From assembly GCF_018350175.1 (NCBI RefSeq), contig NC_058369.1, forward strand, positions 22,012,001 to 22,076,000: 64,000 bases of DNA, written 5' to 3'. Below are positions 1-12,747 of the stretch, in pieces. This stretch comes from Felis catus. Its lineage: Eukaryota. Under the pieces are notes generated by a model. It searched no databases and had not been told where the DNA came from. It saw only the letters and a list, made by a program, of their open reading frames with translations. Within the stretch, counting starts at the first letter, position 1, and every line of letters begins with the position of its first letter. The translations under genes and the position numbers were made by a program.

Positions 1-715
1 ATTCCATGCCATAAACAGAATATCTCACTTAATAGTGGAACTTTTCTGCCTTCTCCTCCAGAGGTGGAAGACCGTTCTTTCCAAAGACAAGCTTAATGAC
101 TACTGTGCCAGCATGCACAACTGCAAGATAAATTTATGCACCAGCTTAGCACTAGACGTGCAATTTATAAAAGATCTGACGAAAATCTTAAAAACAGGTT
201 GAAGTGTCTTAGGCTCAGGCTGGTGCCCTTTCAGTTGAGTTATTAGGGACAGGGCTCTAGGGACAAGATCATGGGACAGAGATGTGACCCAGGCTTGAGC
301 ACCTGTCTGCCTGGCCTTTGGAGCCCCTTTTTGGGTTCATTGAAATGAATTTCTTTGTGCAGCTTTTACCAGGACCGGAGCTTCTCTGGTTGGAGCAGAG
401 TAAGTTTTCAGGCTGAATTACTTGGACCATTGCCTGTGTTTTCTTTTTCACATAGCCTGCGGGTATCTGGCCTTCTCAGCCAAGGAAAATGGAAATGGTT
501 CTAAACACTCACTTGAGTCATGAATTTCAACCGTGTATTAATTTGCTGCTTATTCCTTGCTTTTTGTGTCTTGTGAGAAGCAATGAGAGGACACGAGGGC
601 AGGCCTCAAGGGTCCTTTGGAGGTGCTGCAGCAACTTGGAGCTGGGGGGAGAGGCCAGGGACAGAGGAACTGTGCTCTCCCTCCGTGTTCCCCACAGAGC
701 AGCACCCCGCCCGCC

Positions 716-750
716 TGTGTGTGCGTGCACCTGTGTGTGTGTGTGCGTGT
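716..750. repeat. imperfect (TG)n microsatellite
   Basis: tgtgtgtgcgtgcacctgtgtgtgtgtgtgcgtgt read directly. Confidence 0.8.
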
Positions 751-1527
751 GAGGTTGCGTTTAAGATTTCATTTGGAGAGGAAAGTTTCCAAAACTCCTT
801 ATGTAGGCAGTCCAGAGAAGATTGCTCTGTGCCTTACCCTCACTTCAGTCTGTGGGGACCCCGGGCTGAAAACTTAGGGCTCAGCTCTTGTTCCTTCCTC
901 TTCCATGAGCTGCGGGATAGATTCTGTACTGAGGTCTCGATTTTTGCCTCTTACTCATGGCTATTGCTTCGCTTTTCAGGGGCCACAGAAGAAGAAACCT
1001 GGTATCCTCAGTGAGCACAGGCTCTGTAAGAAGTGATTTCTATGTATTACAGACATCTTAAAGTATTCAGCATTACCCCCATTTTTTTTACACATATAAA
1101 AGGGTGAGATCAGGGTATGAATTCATTCCTGTCTTCTTTTAAACTGTTTTCCTATGGAGGAGAAGATCCAGGGATGCAGAGTAGGTAGTAGGCCATATAA
1201 CACATGGCGGTTTGTAGGTGGGGATAGGAACACAGTGGGAATAAACTAGAACTGACGAATAAGTGGTCAGGATAGGGCTTTGCCCTATATTTGTTTTTTG
1301 TTGTTATTGTTGTTTTCTGGTTTTTGTTATTTTCTGCTTTGACTGTCAGTTTTGCTCTGTAAAGCCTGGAGGTGACCTATTTAATGCCTGTATTTGGAGT
1401 CCTCAGAATGTCTGAGGATCAGCCTAACTCGCTGAACGTTAACAAAGAGAGTGAGATGTCAGTCCCTGACCACAAGGCGCTCACAGTTCTGGAGGGAGTA
1501 GATGACCCTTTAGTAAGCCTTAGCATG

Positions 1528-1950
1528 TGTTAGGACTCCTTTGGTCATTAGTAATAAGCCCAAACCCAGCACAGACTGGGTTAAATCCAGGAGGAATTTA
1601 TTGGCTCATATAACTGACCAGTCCAGAGATAAATCCGGAGTTAGTTCATGAGCCCAAATGATGTCCTCAGGATCTAGTTCTCTCTCCCCATCCTGCCTCC
1701 ACTTCCTGTGTGTTGACACCATTCTTTGAGACGCCTCCCCCTATGATTGCAGAATGGCTGTCCGTATTTCCTAGGTCTGCATATGTCCACCTTCCTTCCA
1801 GTAAGAGAGAGTGTCAGGGTCTTTGTCCCAGCCATCAGTCTTGTTTCATCCCGTTGGCTCAGGCTGCATCATGCTCACATCCTGAATCTGTCACATGGCC
1901 AGGGGCATGTGTAGCACTGAATGGCTTGAGCCCTGGTCCTGTGCTTCACC
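1528..1950 (-). mobile_element. MaLR LTR, MLT1J/K-like, degenerate
   Basis: gtgttaggactcctttgg...gaatttattggctcatataactgaccagtccag resembles the reverse-complemented end of old MLT1 LTRs; boundaries approximate. Confidence 0.6.
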
Positions 1951-2439
1951 TCTGAACCCAGTGGAGCCAACTCTACCCTAAAACCCTGGGCTAAGAATGG
2001 AGAGAGAGTGCTGATTGTTGGGGAAAGGTATCAGTCTTTGAACTCTGGTCTGTGCCATTGACGAGGCAGGACGAACTTGGGGCTGTATTCCCACCTGACA
2101 TACCCTTGGGTCAGAATTGATTCTGTAGTACAGCATCTTGTTACCCTGTGGTTTTAGCTGGGTCATATATTTAGGCACCAAATCTTGTCTTTGCTGAGAA
2201 CATTGCTCTGGCTCAGGATGGAGTTGGAAACTTACTTCAGGTGAGCATTGGGGCCTTGGCTCCAATATTAGTTAACTTATAATCTTCTAACTTAGATGGT
2301 AATGAATATTTGAAATTCTCCAACACATAAGGGTGAATAAGCACAGTTGGTGCAGTGGCATTTCCCCCCACCCCCACCCCCAATTAGCCACATTGTTCAG
2401 ATAAACATGTTTTAATCTCTCTGGGGTTTATATAGCAGA

Positions 2440-2845
2440 GTGGGACTTGGTTCAGACTTTAGATTTTGGAGAAAGATCCCAGTGTACATCTTGACTTCGT
2501 AACTGAAGATTCCTCATTTGTAAAATGATAACTCGTAGATGTGTGAGAAGTGAAGTGATGGGAATAAAAACACAGTGCCTGGTGGGGCACCTGGGTGGCT
2601 TAGTCAGCTGAGTGTCTGACTTCAGCTCAGGTTGTGATCTCGTGGTTCATGGGTTCAAGCCCCGCGTCAGGCTCTGTGCTGATAGCCCAAAACCTGGAGC
2701 CTGCTTTGGATTCTGTGTCTCCCTCTCTCTCTGCCCCTCCCCTGCTCACACTCTCTTTCTCTCTCTCAAAAATAAATAAAAAATAATTAAAAAGCCCCAC
2801 AGTGCCTGGGACATGGTAAATAGTCCATAAGAAGTGGCTATTATT
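2440..2845 (+). mobile_element. MIR fragment interrupted by a SINEC
   Basis: MIR core ttcctcatttgtaaaatg and 3' motif cacagtgcctgggacatggtaaatagt on either side of the SINE. Confidence 0.6.
2584..2793 (+). mobile_element. SINEC (carnivore tRNA-derived SINE)
   Basis: ggggcacctgggtggct head, CT-rich tract, A-rich tail; TSD cacagtgcctgg at 2571-2582 and 2798-2809. Confidence 0.95.
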
Positions 2846-2994
2846 TCCTAATTTTTCAAATGAGCAGGGGTGTACTGCCAGATAATGTCTTTGAAGTTCA
2901 GTGTTTCCATCCTGTAAACCTATGAAAATCTTCCCACCCCCATTCAGAGTTTGGGGTGAGATGCTAGGAAGCCCTCAAAGCCCTCACAGAGTAT

Positions 2995-3160
2995 AGTGCT
3001 TTACAGTTCACAACGCACTTCTGTGTTCTTTCTCACTTGATCCTGTGAATAGCCTCTCATGAAACAAAGCAGGAATCACAGTTTCTTTATATCTCGGGAA
3101 ACTTAGTCCTTCGAGAGGTTGAATGACTTCTCTGAGGGCGTGGTGGCTGCAAAGTTGTGC
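2995..3160 (-). mobile_element. MIR fragment
   Basis: ctttacagttcac...gggaaacttagtccttcgagaggttgaatgacttctctgaggg resembles the reverse MIR core. Confidence 0.55.
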
Positions 3161-4184
3161 GGCAAGCCCTGTGGCCAGCATCTTCTCAGACACCCCATAT
3201 CCGTGGCATTCTGCTTCTCCAGGGAGTGTTTGTCTTTCTAATATAATTCATTGAATTTGTTGAATATCTACCATGGTTTCAGATGGATCTCACTGGAGAG
3301 CCACATTGTATAGTTCCTTGACATAAACCTTGGGTTCATTTATTGAAAAATGTCTTTTTGTTTTTGTCTTTGTTCATTGGCCTGATTTATCAGGGTTGTA
3401 TCACAAACCTCTCCTGTCTTTAGAGCAAATTAGCTCAGTTTGTGTTGTATGAAGTAACACAAATCAAGTGTATCACATTTCAAAGTTACAGTTGGAAGAT
3501 TCCTAATTAGAACCTGAAAAGCTTGCCTTAACTGAGGTCCAAGTCATTTATCTTGGTGAAGGTAAGGATTTCTCAGGGAGGTTGGACTCCTGTGAAAGAT
3601 AGCTAAACCCTAAATTCATAAACCATTGACACTTAGCTCATTTTTTCCTAGCCATGCCTCTCAAAGCATTGTGCACTATTACTATTTAAACTATTGGATA
3701 ATCATTACGATGGCATTAACTATTTGAGAGAAATTGAGTGTGTGCCTAGTAGCCAGTAGACTATTGTTAGAGGCTTATCCAAAAGACACAATAGTATTAA
3801 TAATGTTCTATTTCAAGACCTTTGAAAATGTAGGCCAGATTAGTCAACTGCATTGAGCACAATAAGTGTCTGTTACTGTCTCATTTTGTGAGCAAAATGG
3901 TCACAAGAATCAGCAAAAGCAGGATCATCTGAGGCAGGTTTATCTGTTGTTAGGGGGTTTTAGGGTGAGTCATATCTAGTTGACTGAGGGTTGAGACTAA
4001 AACCAGATTGATGGTCTCTTATTACACCAGGAATGAGTGTTCTGTGAAGACCCACAAGGTCTTGACTCACATTGCTAAAGTGCACGGATACCTCTGGGAA
4101 GACATCTGCAGTAGAATACACCAGCATCTGAGACCAAAGCACAGATTAATAACAGATGTCTTGAGATATGCCTAAAATGATGAT

Positions 4185-4462
4185 GAGGTGCATAAAATGC
4201 ACAAATCTGAAGTGCACAATTCAGTAAATTTATATATATGTATACACTCATGTAACACCACCCAGATCAAGGTGTAGAACATTTCCATCACTCCAGAGGG
4301 TTCCTTCCTGCCCTTGCCGACCCCTTCTTCCCCAATTCCCCCTCCTCCCCTAGGAAATAACTATTTTGACTTATACCAGCATCAGTTAAGGTTTGACTAT
4401 TCATGAGCTTCATTCTAAATGGAATCATCCAGTGTGTACTGTTGTATGTCTGGCTTCTTTCA
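4185..4462 (-). mobile_element. old L1 (L1M) 3' end fragment
   Basis: tatacactcatgtaacaccacccagatcaaggtgtagaacatttccatcactccag...aaatggaatcat...tgtctggcttcttt is typical antisense L1M 3' UTR. Confidence 0.8.
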
Positions 4463-5265
4463 ATGTCAAAAGGATAGGTATTGGCAGTTAAGTTTGGCTT
4501 GAGAACTCACCTACGTAAAAAGGGTTTGAGAAACCTTTGATTTATACTGGTGGGCAGCACACATTCTGAGATAAGAGATGCCCTGGAAACATGATGAAAC
4601 GAAATCGTATAAAAGCCAAGGAAAGTCTACATTGCCTGAGAAAGGACTTCCATGAAATTGGAAGCTTCTGGAACTGCGTATTTTTTCTTTACCTGGCGGA
4701 GAGGGTGTTCCTTCCCTGCCGCCTCCCTACTCCCACATCTTCCACATAGACACTGGACAGTCCTGGTTGCTTATGTATAACATCATGTGTAGTAGATGAC
4801 GTTTGAATGTATGACAGGGTTAATGAATATGTTAGCTGTATCAACTATCTCTTCCTACCTTGGAATGATTCCCTCATATTAAATGTGAATAGTTGGAAAA
4901 AACCTTGTAGAAAGAGACATTATTTCTTTTTTTTTTTTAATTTATCACTTGTATTCCTTGTCTTATTAGTCCTGTCTCTTCTTTGACATTTGTCATTTCC
5001 TGATTTTTTTCTTTTTGTCTGAGTAAATCCTGAAGAATCAGTGTCTGTAGTCCTTTACCTTGGAGAAGCTAGAGTTTTAGCTATATTTGGAAGTATTTTT
5101 CAATAATGCTAGGTGTAATCTAAGCAACAACTGTTTTTCTTTTCCCTTTCCAAATGTCTTAGAACATTCTGGAAGTGTTCTCAAATATGCATAGTCAGAC
5201 CATACTAAATAATACTAATAACTACACAGGAAGACTCAAGTTTGAATTACAGAATATTTGAAGAT

Positions 5266-5691
5266 GGGGCACCTGGGTGGCTCAGTTGGTTAAGCGTCTG
5301 ACTCTATTTTGTTAAATTTTTAAAAAATGTTTATTTATTTTTGAAGGAGAGAGAGAAAGAGTGTGGGGAGAGAGGGAGACACAGAATCTGAAGCAGGGTT
5401 CAGGCTCTGAGCTGTCAGCACAAAGCCCGACGTGGGGCTCGAACCCAGGAGCCCATGAAACTACGAGATCATGACCTGAGCCTAAGTTGGACGCTCAACC
5501 GACTGTGCCACCCGGGCATCCCTAGAGTCTGACTCTTAATTTTGACTCAGGTCATGATCTTATGGTTCATGGGATTGAGTACTGCATTGGGCTCTGCACT
5601 GACAGCATGGAGCCTCCTTGGTATTCTCTCTCTTCCTCTCTCTGTCCCTCCCTCACTTGCATATACATGCTCTCTCTCAAACTAAAACAAA
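5266..5691 (+). mobile_element. older SINEC split by a nested antisense SINEC
   Basis: head 5266-5305, remainder 5524-5691; TSD agaatatttgaaga at 5251-5264 and 5692-5705. Confidence 0.9.
5306..5522 (-). mobile_element. SINEC nested inside a SINEC
   Basis: full antisense SINE; TSD ag(c/a)gtctgactct duplicated from the host SINE. Confidence 0.9.
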
Positions 5692-5724
5692 AGAATATTT
5701 GAAGAAATCTAGTTTTATTACTTT

Positions 5725-5932
5725 AAAGTTTATTTATTTATATTGCTAAAGTGAAAGCAAGAGAGGTGGGGAGGGACACAGAGAGGGAGAGAAAGTTCCA
5801 AGTTGCTGTCAGAATTCTGCACTCTCAGTGCAGACCCCCCTGCGGGGCTTGAGCTTAGAAACTATGAGATCATGACCTGAGCTGAGATCAAGGGTCGATG
5901 AACGGCTTAACCAACTGAGCCACCCAGGTGCC
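5725..5932 (-). mobile_element. SINEC
   Basis: ends in gagccacccaggtgcc; TSD ctagttttattacttt on both sides. Confidence 0.9.
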
Positions 5933-6039
5933 ACTAGTTTTATTACTTTTAATTTTGAAGTTAAAATTTTTGATGTTTAAAAAAGAATATGGTCCATACT
6001 TTCTCATCCTAACAAATGTCACAAAGATATTGTTTTCTT

Positions 6040-7380
6040 TAGAAGCTTGATAATTTAGTTCGTGCACTTAAAAGGTCTGTGGTCCCATGTAAAATTTTTT
6101 TTCCCTATGGTTTGAGGGTAGGGGTCAAAGTTCATTGCCCTTTCCCCCATTGGATATCTAGTTCTTCCAGCAACATCGGTTGGAAACACTTTCCTGTCTC
6201 CATTGAATTGCTTTGATATCTTTGTTGAAAATCAATGGACAGTATTAAATACACCCTATTTCTAGACTTTTTCTCTTTCATTGATCTATTTACCTTTTAT
6301 GTCATTACTACACTGTTTTGATTACCAAAGCTTTGTTGTTGTAAGTCTTAAGATGAGATAGTATAAGTTGTCAGATTTTTGCTCGCCATGCTTCCTCCAA
6401 GATTGTATTGGCTATTATAGATACTTTTCATTTTAATATAGATTTTAGAATCAACCTGCCAATTTCTGCAAAACAGCCTTATGGGATTTTGATTAAGAGG
6501 ACAGTGAATGTATAGGTCAATTTGGGGAGAAGAACATTTTAACAATATTAAGTCTTTTAATCACTGAATATAGTGTATCTCTTTATTTCGATCTCCTCTA
6601 ATTTCTTTCAGCAATTTATCAGTGTAGAAGCCTCATCATATTTTATTAAATTTATCCCTAAAACTTAATGTTTTTTGATGCTATTGTAAATGGAATTAGG
6701 AAAACTCTTCCAGGTATTTACTGCTATTATATTGATTTTTACATATTGGCCTTGTATGTCACCTTGTCCAAGTTACTTATTTCAGTTTTTTTTGAAGATT
6801 CTTGAGGATTTTATATGAATATAAACATTCTGTGAATAAAGACTTCTTTCTTTCCAATGTTTAAGTTGTATGTATATATGTATTTTCTTACCTTATTGCA
6901 TTGGCTAGGATCTTCAGTGTTGAAATGGAAGTGAAAGTGGACATTCTTGTCTTATTCTTGAACTCACAGGGAAAGTGTTTAGTTTCTCATCGAGTACCAT
7001 GTTAATTGTAGGTTTTGCATAGATGTCCTTATTGGTTGAGAAAATTTCCTTCTGTTTCTAGTTTGAGAGTTTTTGTTACAAAGGTTGTTGAATTTCATCA
7101 AACACTTTTTCTGCATGTATTGAGGCTATCATATGGCTTTTCTTTTATTCCATTAATGTGGTAAATTCTATTGAATTTTGAATGTGAAACCAAATGTTAT
7201 TCTTAGGATAAACCCCACTTGGTCCTGCTATATTATCCCTTTTATATAATGCTGCGTTTAATTTTCTAATGTTTTCTTAAGGATTTTCGCATGCCTTTTC
7301 TTGAGGGGTATTGGGTGTGTAATTTTTTGTAATGCCTCTGGTTTTGGTATCAGGGTTGTGCTGGCCTCACAAAATGAATA
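6040..7380 (-). mobile_element. old L1 ORF2 fragment (L1M)
   Basis: T-rich antisense ORF2 motifs (tttgttgaaaatcaat, ggataaaccccacttggtc, ggttttggtatcagggttgtgctggcctcac); minus ORF 6348-6545 is out-of-frame L1-derived sequence. Confidence 0.9.
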
Positions 7381-8967
7381 GTCTGGAATGAGTTACTTTG
7401 TCATGACCAGCAGCAAAGTTCCTGTTTTCTTTTAAGTGCATAAAGTAATAGCTGTTAGGTAAAAGAGGTGAAATTGTTTTCCTGACCAGCTAAGAATTTC
7501 TGCTTGTTAACATATGAAACATCTATGGAAGAGTATATTTGTTTGTATGAAGTAATGCATCAAAGATGCTGGAGAATATTTTATCTTGAGTGGGATAAAT
7601 TCCTACTCTCCCATACTCTAAATTGCATTTGTATTTTATTAGTGAAATATCTTTTATCACTGAAGGAATGAATTATCTGATTGTTATTCCTTTGTAATTT
7701 ATGGTATATTCAACTAATAAGGTTTTATTGTATGTCAATATTTGGGTCTTTCCTTCCCCCCCCCCCCCAATCCTCTTTTGGTTGTATTTCTCCCAAATAA
7801 AAGTTTATATTCATAAGTCAGCTAGTGTTTTTACCTGTTGAGTTATTTTGCATAAAGTTGGTCACATGTGCTCAGATGAAATAAACTTTTCCATCTGTAC
7901 TGGGGGCATTGTAGGTTGCTACTGCTGCTAAGGTCTCTGTTTTGGGGTCTTCTGTTCAAAAGGAAGGATTATAAATTCAGTCCAACTCAGTGTGGAATGG
8001 AGTTAGATGAAATCTTTTTTTTTTTTTATGAAAATAATTTTGGTAAAGTAGAAATCTTGTGTTAAGTAAGCAGTGAATGAGAGAGAATTGGGAACAACCA
8101 TCCTTGTTCCTATAATGATGGTGCATCCAGGAAAAGTACAGGGAAAACGGGAATCATGGAAGAGTTCTGGGCGTCATGATGCTTCAGGAAGCATGCCAAC
8201 TCTTCACCTCTGTCTTTAGATGATGTGTTTAGACATCCTACATGACATGTTCAGCAGTATTTACTGTGCTTCTCTCTAGCCCCTCAAATCTAGAGACCGG
8301 CACTTCTGGGGGAGTCATGTCCCCATGTGATTTAGAAGGATCTTCTCCCCTATTTCCTTCCCAAGAGTCCAGGGAAGATGAATTCTAACTCCCCTATCAG
8401 CAGGGACCCACAACATTTCCTAGAGCATCTGGTGACCTCTGATCGACAGATGTCCACTGTCCCTGGTTCCTGGATGGTAGGCTGAGTCGCATGATGCCTG
8501 TGGAGGGGTGCGCACATTCTCGGATGCCACAGGCCTGACCTTGGTGCTGTCCCCTGTTGCAGATTCACTTGTTCCTCTGGGGGATCCTTACCCCACAGGG
8601 TATTGGGATTGGAGACCATTCCTGTGTTTGTGAAGGATATTTCCCTAGCATGAAATGTCCCTCCTTGCTCTCATTCCTGAAGGCTTATTTCAAGTCCAGC
8701 CTCCTTCAGGAAGCCTTCCCCAACTTCTCAAGCCCCCGTTTTCCTTCTCTTTAGGATTTATTCTGTGTGTGTGTTTGCTTAACATAGTCTTAAGGATAAT
8801 TCATGTTGAACTGAATTAAGAAGACAAGGTTTACATCAACAGATACAGACTAGATCTGATTTTTTAAAAAGCAACACAGAGTAGAGGCATTTTATTTTTT
8901 TACTTGACGGTCTCAGGTTTTAGTTATTTGGAAATAGTGAAAAAAATTTCTGTACTAATAATGGGAA

Positions 8968-9077
8968 ATGAAATGTTTGCAAGACCCAGAAAATTTAGGT
9001 TGTACAGAGTATCATAGCATATAATTTATACTAAAAGAAACAAAGTTAAATTGTCTCAGGTCTTGATGTCTCTGGCT
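8968..9077 (+). repeat. 110-bp dispersed direct repeat, copy 1
   Basis: matches 9397-9506 with 3 substitutions. Confidence 0.95.
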
Positions 9078-9264
9078 CAATCTCCTGGATCTTGCCTTAT
9101 TTCCTTTAGTCTCAGACTATATGGTGAGATTTTTCTATAGAGGTCCCTTCTTGTCACTAATGAATCTTTCCACTATACCCACTCCATCTGAATTTTTGTT
9201 ATTTATCCCTTTTGATTTCTGTACCTTAGATGTCTTCTTATTGAGGCTCCTCTCCCAGTTGCTT

Positions 9265-9585
9265 TTAGGGTAGTGGTGTCAGAGACATCCCACGATCAGA
9301 TCCCAGGCTGTGTCCTCTTGAGCAAGCCAGTCTCACTGGGTTTTCCTTCTGTCCCTTTTTAAAAGAAGAACTACAAGTCTTACCTTGCAAGGTGAGATGA
9401 AATGTTTGCAAAACCCAGAAAATTTAGGTTGTACAGAGTATCATAGCATATAGTTTATACTAAAAGAAACAAAGTTAAATTATCTCAGGTCTTGATGTCT
9501 CTGGCTGGGTTTAACATGATGATTTTAACATGAGAGGATGCATGTCCCATGCCTGGTGCCTGACAGGGGCTCTGATGGCAGCTAA
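9265..9585 (+). mobile_element. MIR fragment interrupted by the 110-bp duplicated segment
   Basis: ggtgtcagagac...atcccaggctgtg...cttgagcaag and 3' motif gcctggtgcctgacaggggctc. Confidence 0.55.
9397..9506 (+). repeat. 110-bp dispersed direct repeat, copy 2
   Basis: matches 8968-9077 at a 429-bp offset. Confidence 0.95.
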
Positions 9586-11590
9586 GTGGGTCTCTATTTG
9601 CTCTATACCAGGGCTCCATTGGTCCTTGCACAACACAGACACTCAGTAAGTGCTCTCCCAATTGACACTACAAGTGGGGTGACCTTAATAGTTGATAGCC
9701 AAAGGGAGGTGAGGGTCATTAAGTTAAGATTGGCTAAAATGTTGCAAAGGCATGTTTCATGCTGGTTACCCAACTGCAGGTGTGAAGCTTACAAAATAGT
9801 CCAATGGTGACAAAAGTCGTTGGTATAACACCTAGGAAGTAGTTAGGACCACAGGAAGACTGTGGATGCTTTACTCTTTGTCCTGTGTAGTGATGGGGGT
9901 GATAAGTAATTAAGGGAGAGAGAGAACAAGGGGAGGACAGAGGATACTTTCTAAGGAGGCAGGATTTCAACTACAAAATTGTCATTTATGGAGTCCCTGC
10001 TCCGTTCCAGGCACTGTCCCCAATAATCACAACCATATCATAGGGCGGAGGAGTAAACTGAGGCTTCAAGAGGCTGTATTGAGGTGGGGGAGTACAATTT
10101 GGAGATAAGTGGAAAGTGGGCATTCAGGGTAAGGGAAAAGAATGAAGAGATAGATAAGGACCAATTTTAAGTGCTTTTCGGTAACACCAGAATTTTATCA
10201 CCTGTCTTTTCAGGGTAAGCGACACTGGCTAGAGTTTGAGATTATGCTATTGTTGAATTGACTTTTGCATGTGTGTTGCTTTTATGGTTTTGATCGCTAT
10301 TTTTGAAAAGCCTTTACATTTATTGGATTTTCTTAATTTTGAGGCAGATCACTTTTATAGCCAGGAGGAATTGGAGAGATAGATGGTGGGTGTCCTGAAC
10401 AGAGGCAGCAAACTTAGATTCGGGTCCCTTTCCCACATGACCTGGCTGTGTGACTTTGTGTGTGACATGCCACATCGTTGGAGTGGAGGTACTGATGCGC
10501 AGTGTCAGGCTCAGGAGTCTGGCCCTGTGGCCTTTTCTCTGGGGCCGTTGAGTGAACTCCTAGCTTTGTGAGGATGGTTTTGTTCGGGGGGCATTGACGA
10601 CCACCACGCAGCTGGTCAGCGAGGACAGCTGAGATGGAGCCTGAGAACTTGGCACTCGGACCCGGGCTCTTTACTGGGTCAAACTTCTTTGATGTCTTAG
10701 CCATGCCCCTCTTGAGACATCTCTGTATGAGTTGCGAATGTATCTGCACTCCCCATCATGTTTTTCTTTTCGTCTTGGCTTCAAAGAAGCCCAGAGCTAA
10801 ATTTATTGCTTGATTATAGTTGCTGGGTTGGCCAGGGTTTTAAATATGTATTTTTTTAACTTTATGTGATTTTTCTTTTTTATTTTGATCATCTTGTTTC
10901 TGTGTCCTTTCTTGCATATCACCTTAAATCATTTTGAGAAGTAGGTCAGTTATACATTGAAAAATCATTTCTGGGGGAGAAGGGCCATTAGACAAATGGA
11001 AAACATATTTGGGTGACTTTGGTCAATGTTTGGGATAGATCTTGTGTTTAAACTCCTTTTTATGTTATTCACTATCAAATGGTCTAGACAGCACATCTTA
11101 CTGTCCTCTCATGTGAGGTAAACATCAGAGGGAAGTTGTTCTTCACAAACATTGTTTTCCTGATGAAAGTACTCTGACCTTGGAGGCAGACCTGGGAGTC
11201 CCTGAGGTTGTGGGGACCACACCCCTGGCTCTTCCTGGTCAGGGCTTGCCGTTGCTCACCTGGGGTCCCAAGGCCACTGCGTGGATGTGGGGTGGGTGTG
11301 GGGTGGTATATGGGGGGTGGGGCTTTGGGCTAATCTTTGAATATGGAAGGAAAAGACATTGGGCATAGTTACTAAGTGTACTGCCCCTGCCCTTCTTTCT
11401 CTAGCTTGGCTTTTAGAAGTAGCTTTTATTTACTCGACAAACAATTATTTGACATCAACTCTAGGCTGGGTTCTGGGCACTGAAGTGGGTGCTGTATTTT
11501 CCAGCACTCAGTGATGACAGCAGAGTCGTTAATAGTCACAAGCACGATGGAATCCTCACAGAGGCCACACATTTTGGAGGAATACTCTTT

Positions 11591-11806
11591 AAAAAATTTT
11601 TTATGTTTATTTATTTTAGAGAGAGAGAGAACACACCAGCACGAGCAGAGGAGAGGCAGAGAGAGAGGGAGACACAGAATCTGAAGCAGGCTCCAGGCTC
11701 TGCACTGTCAGCACACAGCCTGACGTGGGGCTTGAACTCATAAACCTTGAGGTCATGACCTGAGCCAAAGTCAGACGCTTAACTGACTGAGCCATCCAGG
11801 TGCCCC
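11591..11806 (-). mobile_element. SINEC
   Basis: full antisense SINE ending caggtgcccc; TSD aggaatactct / agggatacttt. Confidence 0.95.
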
Positions 11807-11816
11807 AGGGATACTT

Positions 11817-12394
11817 TTTTTTTTTTTTTAAATATAGTTTATTGTCAACTTGGCTAACATACAGTGTGCTCTTGGTTTTGGGGGTAGATTCCCATGATTT
11901 CTCACTTACATACAACACCCAGTGCTCATCCCAACAAGTGTCCTCCTCAATGCCCGTCACCCATTTCCCCCTCTTCCCCACCCCTCATCAACCCTCAGTT
12001 TGTTCTGTGTATTTAAGAATCTCTTACGGTTTGCCTCCCTCCCTCTCTGTTTGTAACTATTTTTTCCCCTTCCCTTCCCCCATGGCCTTCTGTTAAGTTT
12101 CTCAAGATCCACATATGAGTGAAACCATATGACATCTGTCCTTTTCTGACTGACTTATTTCACTCAGCATAATACCCTCCAGTTCCATCCATGTTGCTGC
12201 AAATGGCAGGATTTCATTCTTTCTCATTGCCAAGTAGTACTCCATTGTATATATAAACCACATCTTCTTTATCCATTCACCAGTTGATGGACATTTAGGC
12301 TCTTTCCATAATGTGGCTATTGTTGAAAGCACTGCTATAAACATTGGGGTACATGTGACCCTATGCATCAGCACTCCTGTATCCTTTGGATAAA
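11817..12394 (-). mobile_element. 5'-truncated felid L1 (L1_Fc-like), ORF2 C-terminus plus 3' UTR
   Basis: minus ORF gives IYPKDT...CTPMFIA...WKEPKCPSTGEWIKKMWFIYTMEYY...WMELEGIMLSEISQ (L1 ORF2 C-terminus); poly(T) at left; TSD tgccccagg(g/a)atact. Confidence 0.95.
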
Positions 12395-12718
12395 TGCCCC
12401 AGGAATACTCTTGAAAAGACTCCTGGTGGCAGATGTGTGCAGCTCTAGTAGAGGAACTGAGGCCGCGGTAGACACTGAGGACATCGGTTACCCTGGGGCA
12501 ATGGGCTGAGGAGAGATCCCCTTTCCAGGCTGTGTTCATTGTGTGTCAGGTTCTATTTGGACACCTCTTCACTGTGATGCCGGGTATCTGGGTTTACCAA
12601 GAAAGTGCCTCAGATCCCTCAGCCTTTGGTGTGTGGCCCTCAGAGATGCCAGAGGTATTTCCAGAAATGACATGGGGTGGGAGGGCAGAGTATGTAGGCT
12701 GGCTGGGCTAACTGCCCG

Positions 12719-12747
12719 CTCCCCCCGCTCCCCCCCCCCCCCCCCCC
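12719..12747. repeat. poly(C) tract (G-rich on minus strand)
   Basis: ccccccgctcccccccccccccccccc. Confidence 0.85.

Noticed and set aside
2584..2660. tRNA-like A/B boxes
   Set aside because: This is the head of a tRNA-derived SINE, not a tRNA gene; the same applies to all SINEC copies.
12102..12539. 145-aa minus-strand ORF
   Set aside because: It is the L1 ORF2 C-terminus read through from flanking DNA, not a host gene.
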